Shown here: piece after piece, positions 20,045-29,411 of the stretch
How the letters are laid out: each line of letters starts with the position of its first letter
How positions within the stretch are numbered: position 1 is the stretch's first letter
Origin: a virus
Length of the DNA stretch: 64,000 nt
Direction: 5' to 3' (one strand)
IMG/VR virus record: IMGVR_UViG_3300019776_000657
Span: 15,828 to 79,827 of that record
Made by a program: the position numbers and the translations under genes
Notes under the pieces: model-generated
What the model was told of the DNA's origin: nothing
Database searches by the model: none
Seen by the model: only the letters and a program-made list of their open reading frames with translations

Positions 20045-21826
20045 TTAGTAAGAACCACCATCCACTGTGGCAATAGTTACTGCTCCACCTGTGACTAAGA
20101 AGTCTGTACTATTAAAACTGGCCAATCCCAATACACTTGATGTTGCTGTTGGAATTGCATTAGTTGTGACTGCGGTCACCAAGCCTTTAGCATTTACTGT
20201 AATTGCAGGAACTGAGGTAGAAGTACCAAAACTTCCCACGTTGCTATTTACAGTGGCCAGAGTAGCCGCAGCTGTTACGTTGGCACTACCATCAAAGCTG
20301 GGACTGGTATAAGTAATATCGCCGCTAATACTGATTGTGCGGCCAGTTGCTAACGCAGTGGCTGTTGAGGCGTTACCACTTAAGGCACCAAATACTGTGG
20401 TAACGTTTAAGTTCTTATTTAGGTTCCAGCGATCGTCAGCACTTGTATAAGTGAAAGTAGCAGGAGTGGTTGGACCATTGACTGTTAAACCTGCGCCATT
20501 AGCTGCGGCAGCAGTTGCTGCATTTTTAGCAACTGTGATGTTCAAGTCTGCTACATCTAGTGTAGTGGTATTAATAGTGGTAGTTGTACCACTAACTGTT
20601 AAGTTACCGCTGACAGTTAGATCATTGAATGTAACATTGCTGGTAGTGTCCACAGCCTGACCAATTGCGATGCTAACTTGATTGTTGGTTACAGTGGTTG
20701 TAACACCTGTGCCGCCTGCAAAGGTTAGGGTATCGGTGCCAACTGTTACTGTGTCTGTACCTGTACTACCAGCAATACTTAGTGAGCTACTAGTAGCTGC
20801 TGTTGTAATAGCTGTTACACGACCCTTAGCATCAACAGTAATAACAGGAACTGCTCCAGCACTACCAAATGTACCTGCAACTTTATTTGTTGAACCATCC
20901 AATACTGTGGCCAATGTACCTGCTGCTGTTACATTGCCACTGCCATCAAATGCAGGGCTTGTGTAACTTAAATCGCCTGAGATACTGATTGTACGACCAG
21001 TTGCTAACGCAGTGGCTGTTGAGGCATTACCTGTTAGGGCACCTGTAAATCCGGTAGAACTAACACTGGTCAATCCAGCCAGAGTAGTACTTGAACCACC
21101 TAGAGAAATTGCAGTAGTACCAACTGTAACACTGCTGTTGGCCAACATAGTATTGGTGACTGTGGCAGTATCACCTGTAGTAACGATTGTACCACTTACA
21201 TTGGGAACTGTTAATGTTCTAGTAGTAGCAGTAGCAATTCCGCTCAACTGGAATTGTAATTTTTTGGTATTATCTAAGTCGTCTTGGAAAAATGTGGTAT
21301 TATCAGTAAATGTCTTATTTGTAAAGGTCTGAGTGCCGGTAAGAGTAGCAACTGTACTATCGATTGCAATTGTGACTGCACCGCTGCCATTAAAACTGGT
21401 ACCACTAAGACCAGTACCAATTGTTAGGGCATTGGTAGTGTTGGCAGTAATTGTAATGTTAGCACTACCATTAAAACTAACACCGTTAATATTACGGGCT
21501 GTTTGAAGTGTAGTAGCGGTTGAGGCATTACCAGTCAGTGCTGCTGTAATAGTTCCAGCAGAAAAGTTGCCGCTGGCATCACGCTTTACAATTTTAGAAG
21601 CAGTATTAAGATCAGTAGCACCGTTGATTTGACCTACATAGTAGTTACCGCCAATTGCTATAACAGGTGCATCTCCATTACCATCTACTGTACCTGCACC
21701 GATGTATAGTATGTCACCACCGTTACTTCCGTTATTGGCTAAGTGGCTGTAGGCTAATTCGCCTAGTTTTAGAGTACTTGGAGCTCCAGCCGTAGCTGAA
21801 CGCTTAATTCTGATTAATGAAGCCAT
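20045..21826 (-). CDS. tail fibre-like protein
   Basis: IRIKRS..GELAYS N-domain, repeated GNASTATALATGRTISISGD units, DGGSY end. Confidence 0.75.
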   Translation of the reverse strand: MASLIRIKRSATAGAPSTLKLGELAYSHLANNGSNGGDILYIGAGTVDGNGDAPVIAIGGNYYVGQINGATDLNTASKIVKRDASGNFSAGTITAALTGNASTATTLQTARNINGVSFNGSANITITANTTNALTIGTGLSGTSFNGSGAVTIAIDSTVATLTGTQTFTNKTFTDNTTFFQDDLDNTKKLQFQLSGIATATTRTLTVPNVSGTIVTTGDTATVTNTMLANSSVTVGTTAISLGGSSTTLAGLTSVSSTGFTGALTGNASTATALATGRTISISGDLSYTSPAFDGSGNVTAAGTLATVLDGSTNKVAGTFGSAGAVPVITVDAKGRVTAITTAATSSSLSIAGSTGTDTVTVGTDTLTFAGGTGVTTTVTNNQVSIAIGQAVDTTSNVTFNDLTVSGNLTVSGTTTTINTTTLDVADLNITVAKNAATAAAANGAGLTVNGPTTPATFTYTSADDRWNLNKNLNVTTVFGALSGNASTATALATGRTISISGDITYTSPSFDGSANVTAAATLATVNSNVGSFGTSTSVPAITVNAKGLVTAVTTNAIPTATSSVLGLASFNSTDFLVTGGAVTIATVDGGSY

Positions 21827-21841
21827 AGTTTATTTCCATTA

Positions 21842-22228
21842 CTAATAATCTCCGGCATTCAAATACTGTGCCTGGAGGTTGACATTTGATACCCACTTAC
21901 TAGACACTTGATCATAGATTAATAGTGAGCCGGTTGTTAGTGTAGAAACATCTACGTCTGAAGCAGTGCTAATAGTAGCAACTGGACCTTGTGGTCCTTG
22001 AATACCTTGAGGACCCTGAGGTCCCTGAGGTCCTTGAATACCTTGTGGTCCAACTTCGCCTTGAGAACCTGCAGCCCCCTGCGCACCTTGAGGACCTACA
22101 GCTCCCTGTGGACCTTGAATACCTTGTGGACCTTGATATCCACTGCTTGTATAAACTAAACTTTCAGGTACTGTTACAATTACTGTTTGATTTTTTTCTA
22201 CTTGTATAGCTACTAATGAATCACTCAT
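21842..22228 (-). CDS. collagen-like (Gly-X-Gln) protein
   Basis: long run of GPQ/GIQ triplets. Confidence 0.85.
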   Translation of the reverse strand: MSDSLVAIQVEKNQTVIVTVPESLVYTSSGYQGPQGIQGPQGAVGPQGAQGAAGSQGEVGPQGIQGPQGPQGPQGIQGPQGPVATISTASDVDVSTLTTGSLLIYDQVSSKWVSNVNLQAQYLNAGDY

Positions 22229-22812
22229 CGTGTTACCTCCTTTACTAGAGATATATTACCAGTGATGAGTTGGGTGACATCATTTCCGCTACTAACTAAT
22301 TCTAAGCTATACACACCACTCTGGAACGATAATACAGTAGTATCTGCTGCACTCATATACAATTCAATAGTTTTTGTACTATTGTTAATAATAACCCCAC
22401 CATTGGAAGTAGTTAACTCTTTAATTATAGATGGATCATCTAACTTACTGCGTATTTGCATTCTGGCAGTATAACCAGTTAAATTAACTGGTTGATTGTA
22501 CTCCAATACCCCACCACCTGTATAGGCTGTATAGTTAAGGGCATTGACAGCATTAAACGTAACTGAGTTAGTAGTAACATCACTGGTAATTAAATAGTCA
22601 GTGGTATTAGCTTCTTTCATTCCTAAGGCACCACTAATTTTAGCTCTCCAACCCACTGGAATTCCGTGGGCCCCAGCAGTTACTACCATGGGAGCACTTT
22701 TTGAAATATTTGTAATGGGTGAGTATACTTTTAAGGCGCTTTCCCAACGTAGGGTTTCACGAAAGGTACTGCCCTGATAAACTTTTAGGTTCAATTTTGT
22801 TGGACTTGCCAT
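22225..22812 (-). CDS. baseplate/fibre adaptor-like structural protein
   Basis: GGAG RBS; [28 protein letters not shown] pattern typical of fibre-anchoring proteins. Confidence 0.6.
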   Translation of the reverse strand: MASPTKLNLKVYQGSTFRETLRWESALKVYSPITNISKSAPMVVTAGAHGIPVGWRAKISGALGMKEANTTDYLITSDVTTNSVTFNAVNALNYTAYTGGGVLEYNQPVNLTGYTARMQIRSKLDDPSIIKELTTSNGGVIINNSTKTIELYMSAADTTVLSFQSGVYSLELVSSGNDVTQLITGNISLVKEVTR

Positions 22813-22870
22813 AGGGCGCTCCTTGGTTCAAGAAGACATAAAAAAGTTGGTCTTCCGGTATTTTGGTACT

Positions 22871-22899
22871 ATTATAGCATATAAGGAAAAAGTGTTCAA
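22871..22899 (-). promoter_or_regulatory. late sigma70-type promoter
   Basis: TTGAAC-N17-TATAAT on minus strand. Confidence 0.75.
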
Positions 22900-22902
22900 G
22901 CG

Positions 22903-22933
22903 AAAAAATACCCAGCTGGTAGGCTGGGTATTT
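22903..22933 (-). terminator. intrinsic terminator
   Basis: AATACCCAGC/GCTGGGTATT hairpin with T-tract on minus strand. Confidence 0.8.
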
Positions 22934-22936
22934 ATT

Positions 22937-23290
22937 TTAACTTGGTTGAACTGGCCATTGAACCTGTGCAGGAAATTCCGATTGTTGGGTAATATCACGT
23001 AATGCTTGGCGATAATTTGCCCAAACAAGTTTGTCAACAGGTGCATCAACTATCTGTGTCCAATCCGATTCTTTCAATAATTCATTTCTACGTTGACGTA
23101 TAAGTGATATCAAAATTTCTATATTATTATCTGGTGGCGCAGAAAAGGTTACACCATCAAATATCCAACCATTTGAACATTCGTCTGACACTTCAATAAA
23201 TTGATTGGCATAACCCCAAGCAAATAGGAGCGAAGGATGTGTCATTACTACATCCTGCAATATTCCATTATTTACAAATGCATATTTCAT
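22937..23290 (-). CDS. tail fibre assembly chaperone
   Basis: IRQRRNELLKESDWTQ..W..YRQALRDI..WP motif. Confidence 0.88.
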   Translation of the reverse strand: MKYAFVNNGILQDVVMTHPSLLFAWGYANQFIEVSDECSNGWIFDGVTFSAPPDNNIEILISLIRQRRNELLKESDWTQIVDAPVDKLVWANYRQALRDITQQSEFPAQVQWPVQPS

Positions 23291-23300
23291 GTATTGTACC

Positions 23301-24647
23301 TCAATAATAAATTACAACACAACCATCGCCACCAAGACCTTGTGTGGTAGTACCTCCAGAAGCTGCCGAGGCCAAGCAAGCACCGCCTCCACCACCACCA
23401 AATCCTCCACTGCCACCAACTGTTGTGCCAGCTGTCGTACTTCCATAACGATAAGCAGTGCCTCCACCACCCAGTATTCCACCATTCATACCACGAATAA
23501 GTGCATTTGTAACAGTTGTACTTGCTGCACCTCCACCACCAAAATCACCAGCATATGCTGGATTTGCTGCTTGACCGGAATTTCCTCCAGTCATTGCCGC
23601 CCCTCCGCCACCAGGACCGGGTGATATATATGTTTGTGATCCAATATTATATCCGCCAGTTCCATCTACATGGCTGAGCAAAGGATCTGTAAATCTTTGA
23701 TCAAATTGTCTAGACGCTCCATTTGATGATAGATTTCCACTATTACCTTGTTGTGGGCCTGAACTTCCACCATTACTCAAACCGCTGCCGCCCTGACCTC
23801 CAGGAATACTTCCAGCACCTCCCCCACCGCCTGCCGCGCTGCCAGCACCGCCAATTCCAGCACCGCCTGGACCGATGGAGTATGAAGTAGTACTAGAGCC
23901 GCTTGTACCATTTACACCAGCACCAAGAGGTGATCCAGCACTAGCACCAGAACCACATTCATAATTATTAGCTGTTGCACCGCCAGTTCCACCGCTAAAT
24001 GCACCACCACTAGTCACACTTGCATCTTTTGATGCAGTTCCGCCAGCACCTCCAGTTGTTGCTGCAGTAGGTGCTGATCCGGCATTAGCAGTTAAATAAG
24101 TTGTTGCTCCAATAGCTACAGTAGTAGACGAAGCACCAATAGTGACTGAAACAGTGGCTCCAGGAGTTACCGCAATATTACCAAAGGCAAAACCGCCTCC
24201 GCCCCCACCAGGTGCACGTTCTGTTGCAAATGTTGCAGCATTGCCACCTTTACCAACAGCATATACACGAATAGTTGTAACATTTGCAGGAACAGTAAAA
24301 GTAGCTGTGGTATTTGTAAAATATCGATTAGTATAATAGTTTACATATCCTCCGGTAGAAGGAGAAGAAACCCAAGTCGTACCATTAGAAGTAAGTACAT
24401 TACCAGATGTGCTGGGAGCAACCACCTGCACTGCCGAAGTACCGTTACCAAGTAACACATTATTAGCAGTGAGAGTAGCTGTACCCGTACCACCATTTGC
24501 TACAGGTAATGTACCAGTTACCCCTGCAGTAAGTGACACATTTGTAATAGTATTGGTACTACCACTAATGGCTTTATTACTAAGTGTATTTGTACTGCTG
24601 GCTGTGAGTACATTGGTGGGTGTGATGATGTTTGATAAATTAGCCAT
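23301..24647 (-). CDS. glycine-rich tail fibre protein
   Basis: TLPVANGGTG, FTVPANVT..GGGGGG, GGDGCVVIYY end. Confidence 0.75.
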   Translation of the reverse strand: MANLSNIITPTNVLTASSTNTLSNKAISGSTNTITNVSLTAGVTGTLPVANGGTGTATLTANNVLLGNGTSAVQVVAPSTSGNVLTSNGTTWVSSPSTGGYVNYYTNRYFTNTTATFTVPANVTTIRVYAVGKGGNAATFATERAPGGGGGGFAFGNIAVTPGATVSVTIGASSTTVAIGATTYLTANAGSAPTAATTGGAGGTASKDASVTSGGAFSGGTGGATANNYECGSGASAGSPLGAGVNGTSGSSTTSYSIGPGGAGIGGAGSAAGGGGGAGSIPGGQGGSGLSNGGSSGPQQGNSGNLSSNGASRQFDQRFTDPLLSHVDGTGGYNIGSQTYISPGPGGGGAAMTGGNSGQAANPAYAGDFGGGGAASTTVTNALIRGMNGGILGGGGTAYRYGSTTAGTTVGGSGGFGGGGGGACLASAASGGTTTQGLGGDGCVVIYY

Positions 24648-24706
24648 GGTTTACTCCAGTATACAAAGCTGGAAGCTTTTAATTATTTTTAACACTATAA
24701 CTTCCT

Positions 24707-25303
24707 TTACACTAGAGGCCACTCTAATGGTGGCAATAATGGTTCTATGTCTGAAAAGTTGTTGGGCTTGGGTATTGTGCCAGTTTTTACTTGGTCCAAT
24801 ATGTCGTATAATACACTCCAAGTTTGAGCTCTTATGTCTCGACAATAGGTACCCTCTATATCAAAATTTAACACAGAACAACCTGCATAAGTAGATGCAC
24901 TTTTGACATCATCGTATCCACGAGTTTGTGCAAAAACATCCAGGCGCTCTTGGGTTTTACGTTCTATATCTTTTTGTAGTAACAGATCTTTTTGGATTTG
25001 ATCTGCCGCAAGGGCGGCAAGTTGTTGAGCTTCAATTGTGTGTGTTGTTCCGGTTTCATCTGTGTATTCCACAAACTTAGACACTATATTCCAACGTTGT
25101 TCCCAGTGACCTTTGACAGTCAATTCTGGTTGAGTTTCTATAGCCTGTTCAATTATAGGATTAAAAGTAGGTTGTGGGGTTGGAAATACCCAACTATATC
25201 CATCTGGTGGTTCGAAAGGTTGGGGAAAACTGGTATTGGGGTGCTGAGCCCTGATCTCGCTCTCGCTGACCGAATACTGATTTGTAATAATATTGATGTA
25301 CAT
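24707..25303 (-). CDS. tail fibre-associated/chaperone-like protein
   Basis: GAGGA RBS; RLDVFAQTRGYD..A.TY..LPPLEWP. Confidence 0.7.
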   Translation of the reverse strand: MYINIITNQYSVSESEIRAQHPNTSFPQPFEPPDGYSWVFPTPQPTFNPIIEQAIETQPELTVKGHWEQRWNIVSKFVEYTDETGTTHTIEAQQLAALAADQIQKDLLLQKDIERKTQERLDVFAQTRGYDDVKSASTYAGCSVLNFDIEGTYCRDIRAQTWSVLYDILDQVKTGTIPKPNNFSDIEPLLPPLEWPLV

Positions 25304-25311
25304 GATATTCC

Positions 25312-27789
25312 TCAAGCGATGGCGAGGTAGATGTAGATGGCGCTAGTCACGTTGATGTTTGTCGCAGCAACCTGGTTGACAATGAAGCCGGTGTTGTCGG
25401 GGTCGATGCTGTCATCGGTGGTGACTTCGGCGGCCGCAAAGTTGAAACTTGAGTGTGGATCATTGGCGGAGATGATGCCGCGTGCGGTGTCCCAGACGTA
25501 CCAGTCGCCGACGTTGTCGATGCGCTTGACAAGGACAAACCTGGTGCCCGTGGTAAATCCGCAGTTAATTGTCTGGGTACCTCCATTGCCAGTGTAGCTA
25601 CCGACTTTGCTGATGCCTGGGAGGGAAGCAAAAAGGTAGGCGACATGAGTGGCGGAAGTGAGCAAACTGCCATCGCCGAAGTGAAATACCGAATTCTTTA
25701 TTGAGTCTTGAATGTAAATCCAAGCGGTACTCGTAAACGCAGAAGTTAAGTTAAGTTGACCCAATCCGTAAGTCCCAGGGAACCAATAACCCCCGGACAG
25801 AGAGGCCTGACTTGTGGCGTACACATACCAATTCTTAATTGAGCTTCTTGGCTTAGAAATTATCAGCTCCGGCATCACTCCCAGAGTGTGCGGCACATCA
25901 AGATCGTTACCTGTATAGCAAACCACATCAAAAAAGCCGGGGGCACGAGCAAGTGCATAACTTATATGATTATTAATTCCAGAACTTGATGCCCACCAAG
26001 CATCAAATCCTGAAGAAGCGAACATAGTACGCTGATCTTTTCTAGACCAGTAAGTTGGATAGCCGGCTTCGGAAGTAGTTGAAACCGTCTGTAAAACTTT
26101 TCCATCTATGCCACGCAGCGAATCAACTATCAAAAATCCAGGACCCGCCACATCTCGATTAGCATTTATTTCTACATCAAATGTAACATCGTGAGTAACA
26201 CTGGCACTACTTGTAGTGGCACTATATGTCTTAACACTAAATACACTAGTTCCCGCTGTAGGCGGCTTGTTGGGCCGGCGGATGGCGATATAATTGTAAT
26301 TATAGGTAACCGCAGGCACATTAACTACTGTAGTAGTGGTTCCGGTTCCGCCTATTATCATAGCATCACTACCATTATTCCTAATACGAACATTATTAAA
26401 ATGCCATTCGTAACCAGAAGAATTCTGCCTTGTTGCGGAATTTTGATATATTCTCCAATATCTAGCACTTATTGTACTAAATGAAATTGTTTGAACGCTA
26501 GTTGATGCATTATCTGAATACGTGGTTGCATCGATCCAATTTGTATTATCGGAGCTATATTGAATTTTTATAGAAGTGGGGGCCCAGTTTGATCCAGCTG
26601 TATTTCTATATAAAATCTGATTAATAGCAGTAGATCCGCCTAAATCAAAAGAGATCCATTCTCCTGCTGTAACATTAGCAAATATATAACAAGGACTGAC
26701 ATTTGGAGCAGCCGTAGTATCTGCAACACAATCCTGCACGGAGGGACCACGAGTTGAACTTGCAGAAATTGTAGTAGATGTTGAATAATTATATGAATAT
26801 GTGTTATAACTATACCCAGCCGTATAATTATTCACATCAGTACTACTATTAGTAATTTTGAATCCTATTGGAGTCAATTCAACAAGATTTTGAGAATATT
26901 CTGCACTATTGACATTAGATGACAATATTGAGTCATTTCCATCAGTGACTATACCCCTCATATTGTCTGCTAATATCCATCCTCCAGTTCCACTAGCATT
27001 TTTAATTAAAAGCCATTGTGGTTCCCATCCCAAATTAACTGTAGGTCCAGTTGAACTACCATTACCTATGTATGATCCGCACTGAATAAGACCATCAGTT
27101 GCTGCATTATGAGCAAATAAATAGGCAACACCTTGGGCATTTGCATTCATCTGTCCAATACCTACAGAAGTTGCACTAATCGAAGTAACATAGCTTCCAG
27201 TAAATTCAGACCCTGTTCCATTGAGAATTAAGTACTTACCGGATGTTCCACTACGATGATATACATACCAGTTATCTACAGTACTTGTTTGTTTAATTAT
27301 AATGGCACCAGGTACTATACCAAGTGAATGTGAGATAGTGGCTACACCACTAGCATTCGCTGTAAAAGTTACAACATCAAAAAATTTAGGAGCTCGCTTA
27401 AATGACCAAGAGACATAATTGACATTTACTTCACTAAATCCATAAGCCGCTGATGCAATAGAATATCCATTATTATTAAATGATCCGATTGCTGAACCAG
27501 TAACAAAGTTTGCATCAGTAGTATTACTTTTTAAATGATAAAGATACGACCATGAAGAGGCAGGTGTTTCTGAATTATTGCTAACTAACCAATGATCTTG
27601 CCCACTTCCAGTTGTAGCAGTTCTATTTTTAGTCCAGACTAATCCACCTTTATTTAATAAATCAAGTCCATTAGTAATAGTCTGAGCAGCCCCAGTACCT
27701 GTATAGAGGTACGTAGAAAACACATCATCAACATAGGTAGTAGTAGTACTACTACCTACAGTTAAAAGAGCTCTGCTAATTTGATCCAT
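25312..27789 (-). CDS. putative receptor-binding protein with inserted F5/8 (discoidin-like) domain
   Basis: repeated FSTYLYTG/FFDVV/GSY.GNG units; EWISFDLG..IQYSSDNTNW..ARYWRI insert. Confidence 0.72.
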   Translation of the reverse strand: MDQISRALLTVGSSTTTTYVDDVFSTYLYTGTGAAQTITNGLDLLNKGGLVWTKNRTATTGSGQDHWLVSNNSETPASSWSYLYHLKSNTTDANFVTGSAIGSFNNNGYSIASAAYGFSEVNVNYVSWSFKRAPKFFDVVTFTANASGVATISHSLGIVPGAIIIKQTSTVDNWYVYHRSGTSGKYLILNGTGSEFTGSYVTSISATSVGIGQMNANAQGVAYLFAHNAATDGLIQCGSYIGNGSSTGPTVNLGWEPQWLLIKNASGTGGWILADNMRGIVTDGNDSILSSNVNSAEYSQNLVELTPIGFKITNSSTDVNNYTAGYSYNTYSYNYSTSTTISASSTRGPSVQDCVADTTAAPNVSPCYIFANVTAGEWISFDLGGSTAINQILYRNTAGSNWAPTSIKIQYSSDNTNWIDATTYSDNASTSVQTISFSTISARYWRIYQNSATRQNSSGYEWHFNNVRIRNNGSDAMIIGGTGTTTTVVNVPAVTYNYNYIAIRRPNKPPTAGTSVFSVKTYSATTSSASVTHDVTFDVEINANRDVAGPGFLIVDSLRGIDGKVLQTVSTTSEAGYPTYWSRKDQRTMFASSGFDAWWASSSGINNHISYALARAPGFFDVVCYTGNDLDVPHTLGVMPELIISKPRSSIKNWYVYATSQASLSGGYWFPGTYGLGQLNLTSAFTSTAWIYIQDSIKNSVFHFGDGSLLTSATHVAYLFASLPGISKVGSYTGNGGTQTINCGFTTGTRFVLVKRIDNVGDWYVWDTARGIISANDPHSSFNFAAAEVTTDDSIDPDNTGFIVNQVAATNINVTSAIYIYLAIA

Positions 27790-27795
27790 GTTACC

Positions 27796-28863
27796 TCAAC
27801 TATTGTAATTCACTTGTGATGCACCCCGCCAAGTGGTACCGCTGTCATCTGTGACAAAGGTGAACAGATGGACCTTGCCAGTGGTAAGAGTGGGTGCTGT
27901 ACCACTTGGCCACTGCACTCCACTAAACCATGTGACAGTTCCACTGGTATGCGTTAATTCTAGGGTGAAAGCATATGCTCGCGAAGTGGGTACATTGCTT
28001 ACAGTAAAAGTGCTATTGGCAGCAATAATTTTGGTAAAATAGTTACCTACCGAACAATCTATGTCTAAGGCAGCAACTGCTGTGATACCTCCTCTAACAG
28101 AGCCTGTTTGATCCACTGTAGAAGTATAGATGCCACCCTGCACTGTCTTGTTTGTAAGTGTATCAGTAGTTGTACGACCTACCAATGTATCTGTAGTAGT
28201 TGGTAGTGTTAATGTACCAGTATTACTTATTGAGCTTATTACAGGACTTGTTAAGGTCTTGTTTGTAAGTGTTTGAGCACCTGTTAAAGTTACAGCAGTC
28301 CCGCCTTGCCCGCCCACCTGTGAATATACGTTCCAAGTGGTGCCGTCATAAACTAGGTGAACACTTACCCCACCTATGTCCAATGTTAAATCTTCGGCTA
28401 AACCTTCAATAGTACTACCATTACGTGCAACTGTTAGATTTGTAGTACTCCAGTTGGCTCCGTCAACTACAGAAACTTGTGTTCCTGTAGCCGGTGTAGC
28501 CGGTAGGGTAACAGTAAATATGCCACCTGTAGTATCTGCAATAACGCCCTGTTTATCTACTAATGTAGTGGCACTAGTAACTCTGGTATAATTTATACCG
28601 CCACTAACGGTACTCCAGCTTGTGAGAGTACCATTAGTGGTTAAGTACTTTCCACTATTACCAGTTTGAGCTGGTAATACTTTTGTTTCACTTAGTGCAG
28701 TTATCCAACTGGGATTGCTGTAACTGCCAGTAGTATAGGCAGCATTATTAAGATCAGTATTAATATTAATAAAATTGGTGTCTAACTGAGTGTTACTAAG
28801 AGGGCCATTATTGTTAGTAATCCCTGCACCACCTGCTGTTTGTCTTGTGGTAATTGCTGCCAT
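27796..28863 (-). CDS. tail fibre/branching protein
   Basis: GPLSNTQLDTNF N-domain; ADTTGG.FTVTLP..YDGTTW domain shared with 18532..20010. Confidence 0.7.
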   Translation of the reverse strand: MAAITTRQTAGGAGITNNNGPLSNTQLDTNFININTDLNNAAYTTGSYSNPSWITALSETKVLPAQTGNSGKYLTTNGTLTSWSTVSGGINYTRVTSATTLVDKQGVIADTTGGIFTVTLPATPATGTQVSVVDGANWSTTNLTVARNGSTIEGLAEDLTLDIGGVSVHLVYDGTTWNVYSQVGGQGGTAVTLTGAQTLTNKTLTSPVISSISNTGTLTLPTTTDTLVGRTTTDTLTNKTVQGGIYTSTVDQTGSVRGGITAVAALDIDCSVGNYFTKIIAANSTFTVSNVPTSRAYAFTLELTHTSGTVTWFSGVQWPSGTAPTLTTGKVHLFTFVTDDSGTTWRGASQVNYNS

Positions 28864-28946
28864 CTTTGTTCCTCTAATTGATCATTATTTTTATGGAGTG
28901 ACACACCCCATAAAAATAATGGCGAGAGTTCCCGCCATTATTACTA

Positions 28947-29396
28947 TTAAACTGCTGCTAGAGTAATTGTCCAGGTAACAGTCATGGTGTCGTTAGCACC
29001 CTTGTTGATAACTGAGAATACAGTACGGCAAAGCATTGTGCCAGCAGAGGCAGCATTGAAAATGCCGGCTTCTGTAAGAGCAGCAGTGCCTGTACCTGCA
29101 GGAAATGATGCTACATAAGCAATAGTTGTGGTGCTTGGAGTAGTACTGGTTAGAGTAACTCTGGCACTTTCAGTACCCAATGTAGTATTACCAGCAGCTG
29201 CAGCTACAGCACCCGTACCAACAGCCATGTGAGTCATTGCTGTTGCTGTGGCATCTTTCATGCGACTAGCAATATAGGTGAGACCGGCTGTAACTACTAA
29301 GTTATCTACTTCTCGTTGATCCTTAATGGTGCCGTCTTCCCCGGTAAGTACAATATTTAACTTACCTTTTAATTTCAAATTTTCTTGGGAAATCAT
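28947..29396 (-). CDS. structural protein (fibre collar/baseplate-type)
   Basis: NLVVTAG..MAVGTG..LTEAGIFNA..LCRTVF. Confidence 0.7.
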   Translation of the reverse strand: MISQENLKLKGKLNIVLTGEDGTIKDQREVDNLVVTAGLTYIASRMKDATATAMTHMAVGTGAVAAAAGNTTLGTESARVTLTSTTPSTTTIAYVASFPAGTGTAALTEAGIFNAASAGTMLCRTVFSVINKGANDTMTVTWTITLAAV

Positions 29397-29411
29397 AGAA
29401 AACCTTTCTGG

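Noticed and set aside
22828-23049. 73-aa minus ORF
   Set aside because: Overlaps the chaperone gene in another frame and runs through a terminator and promoter
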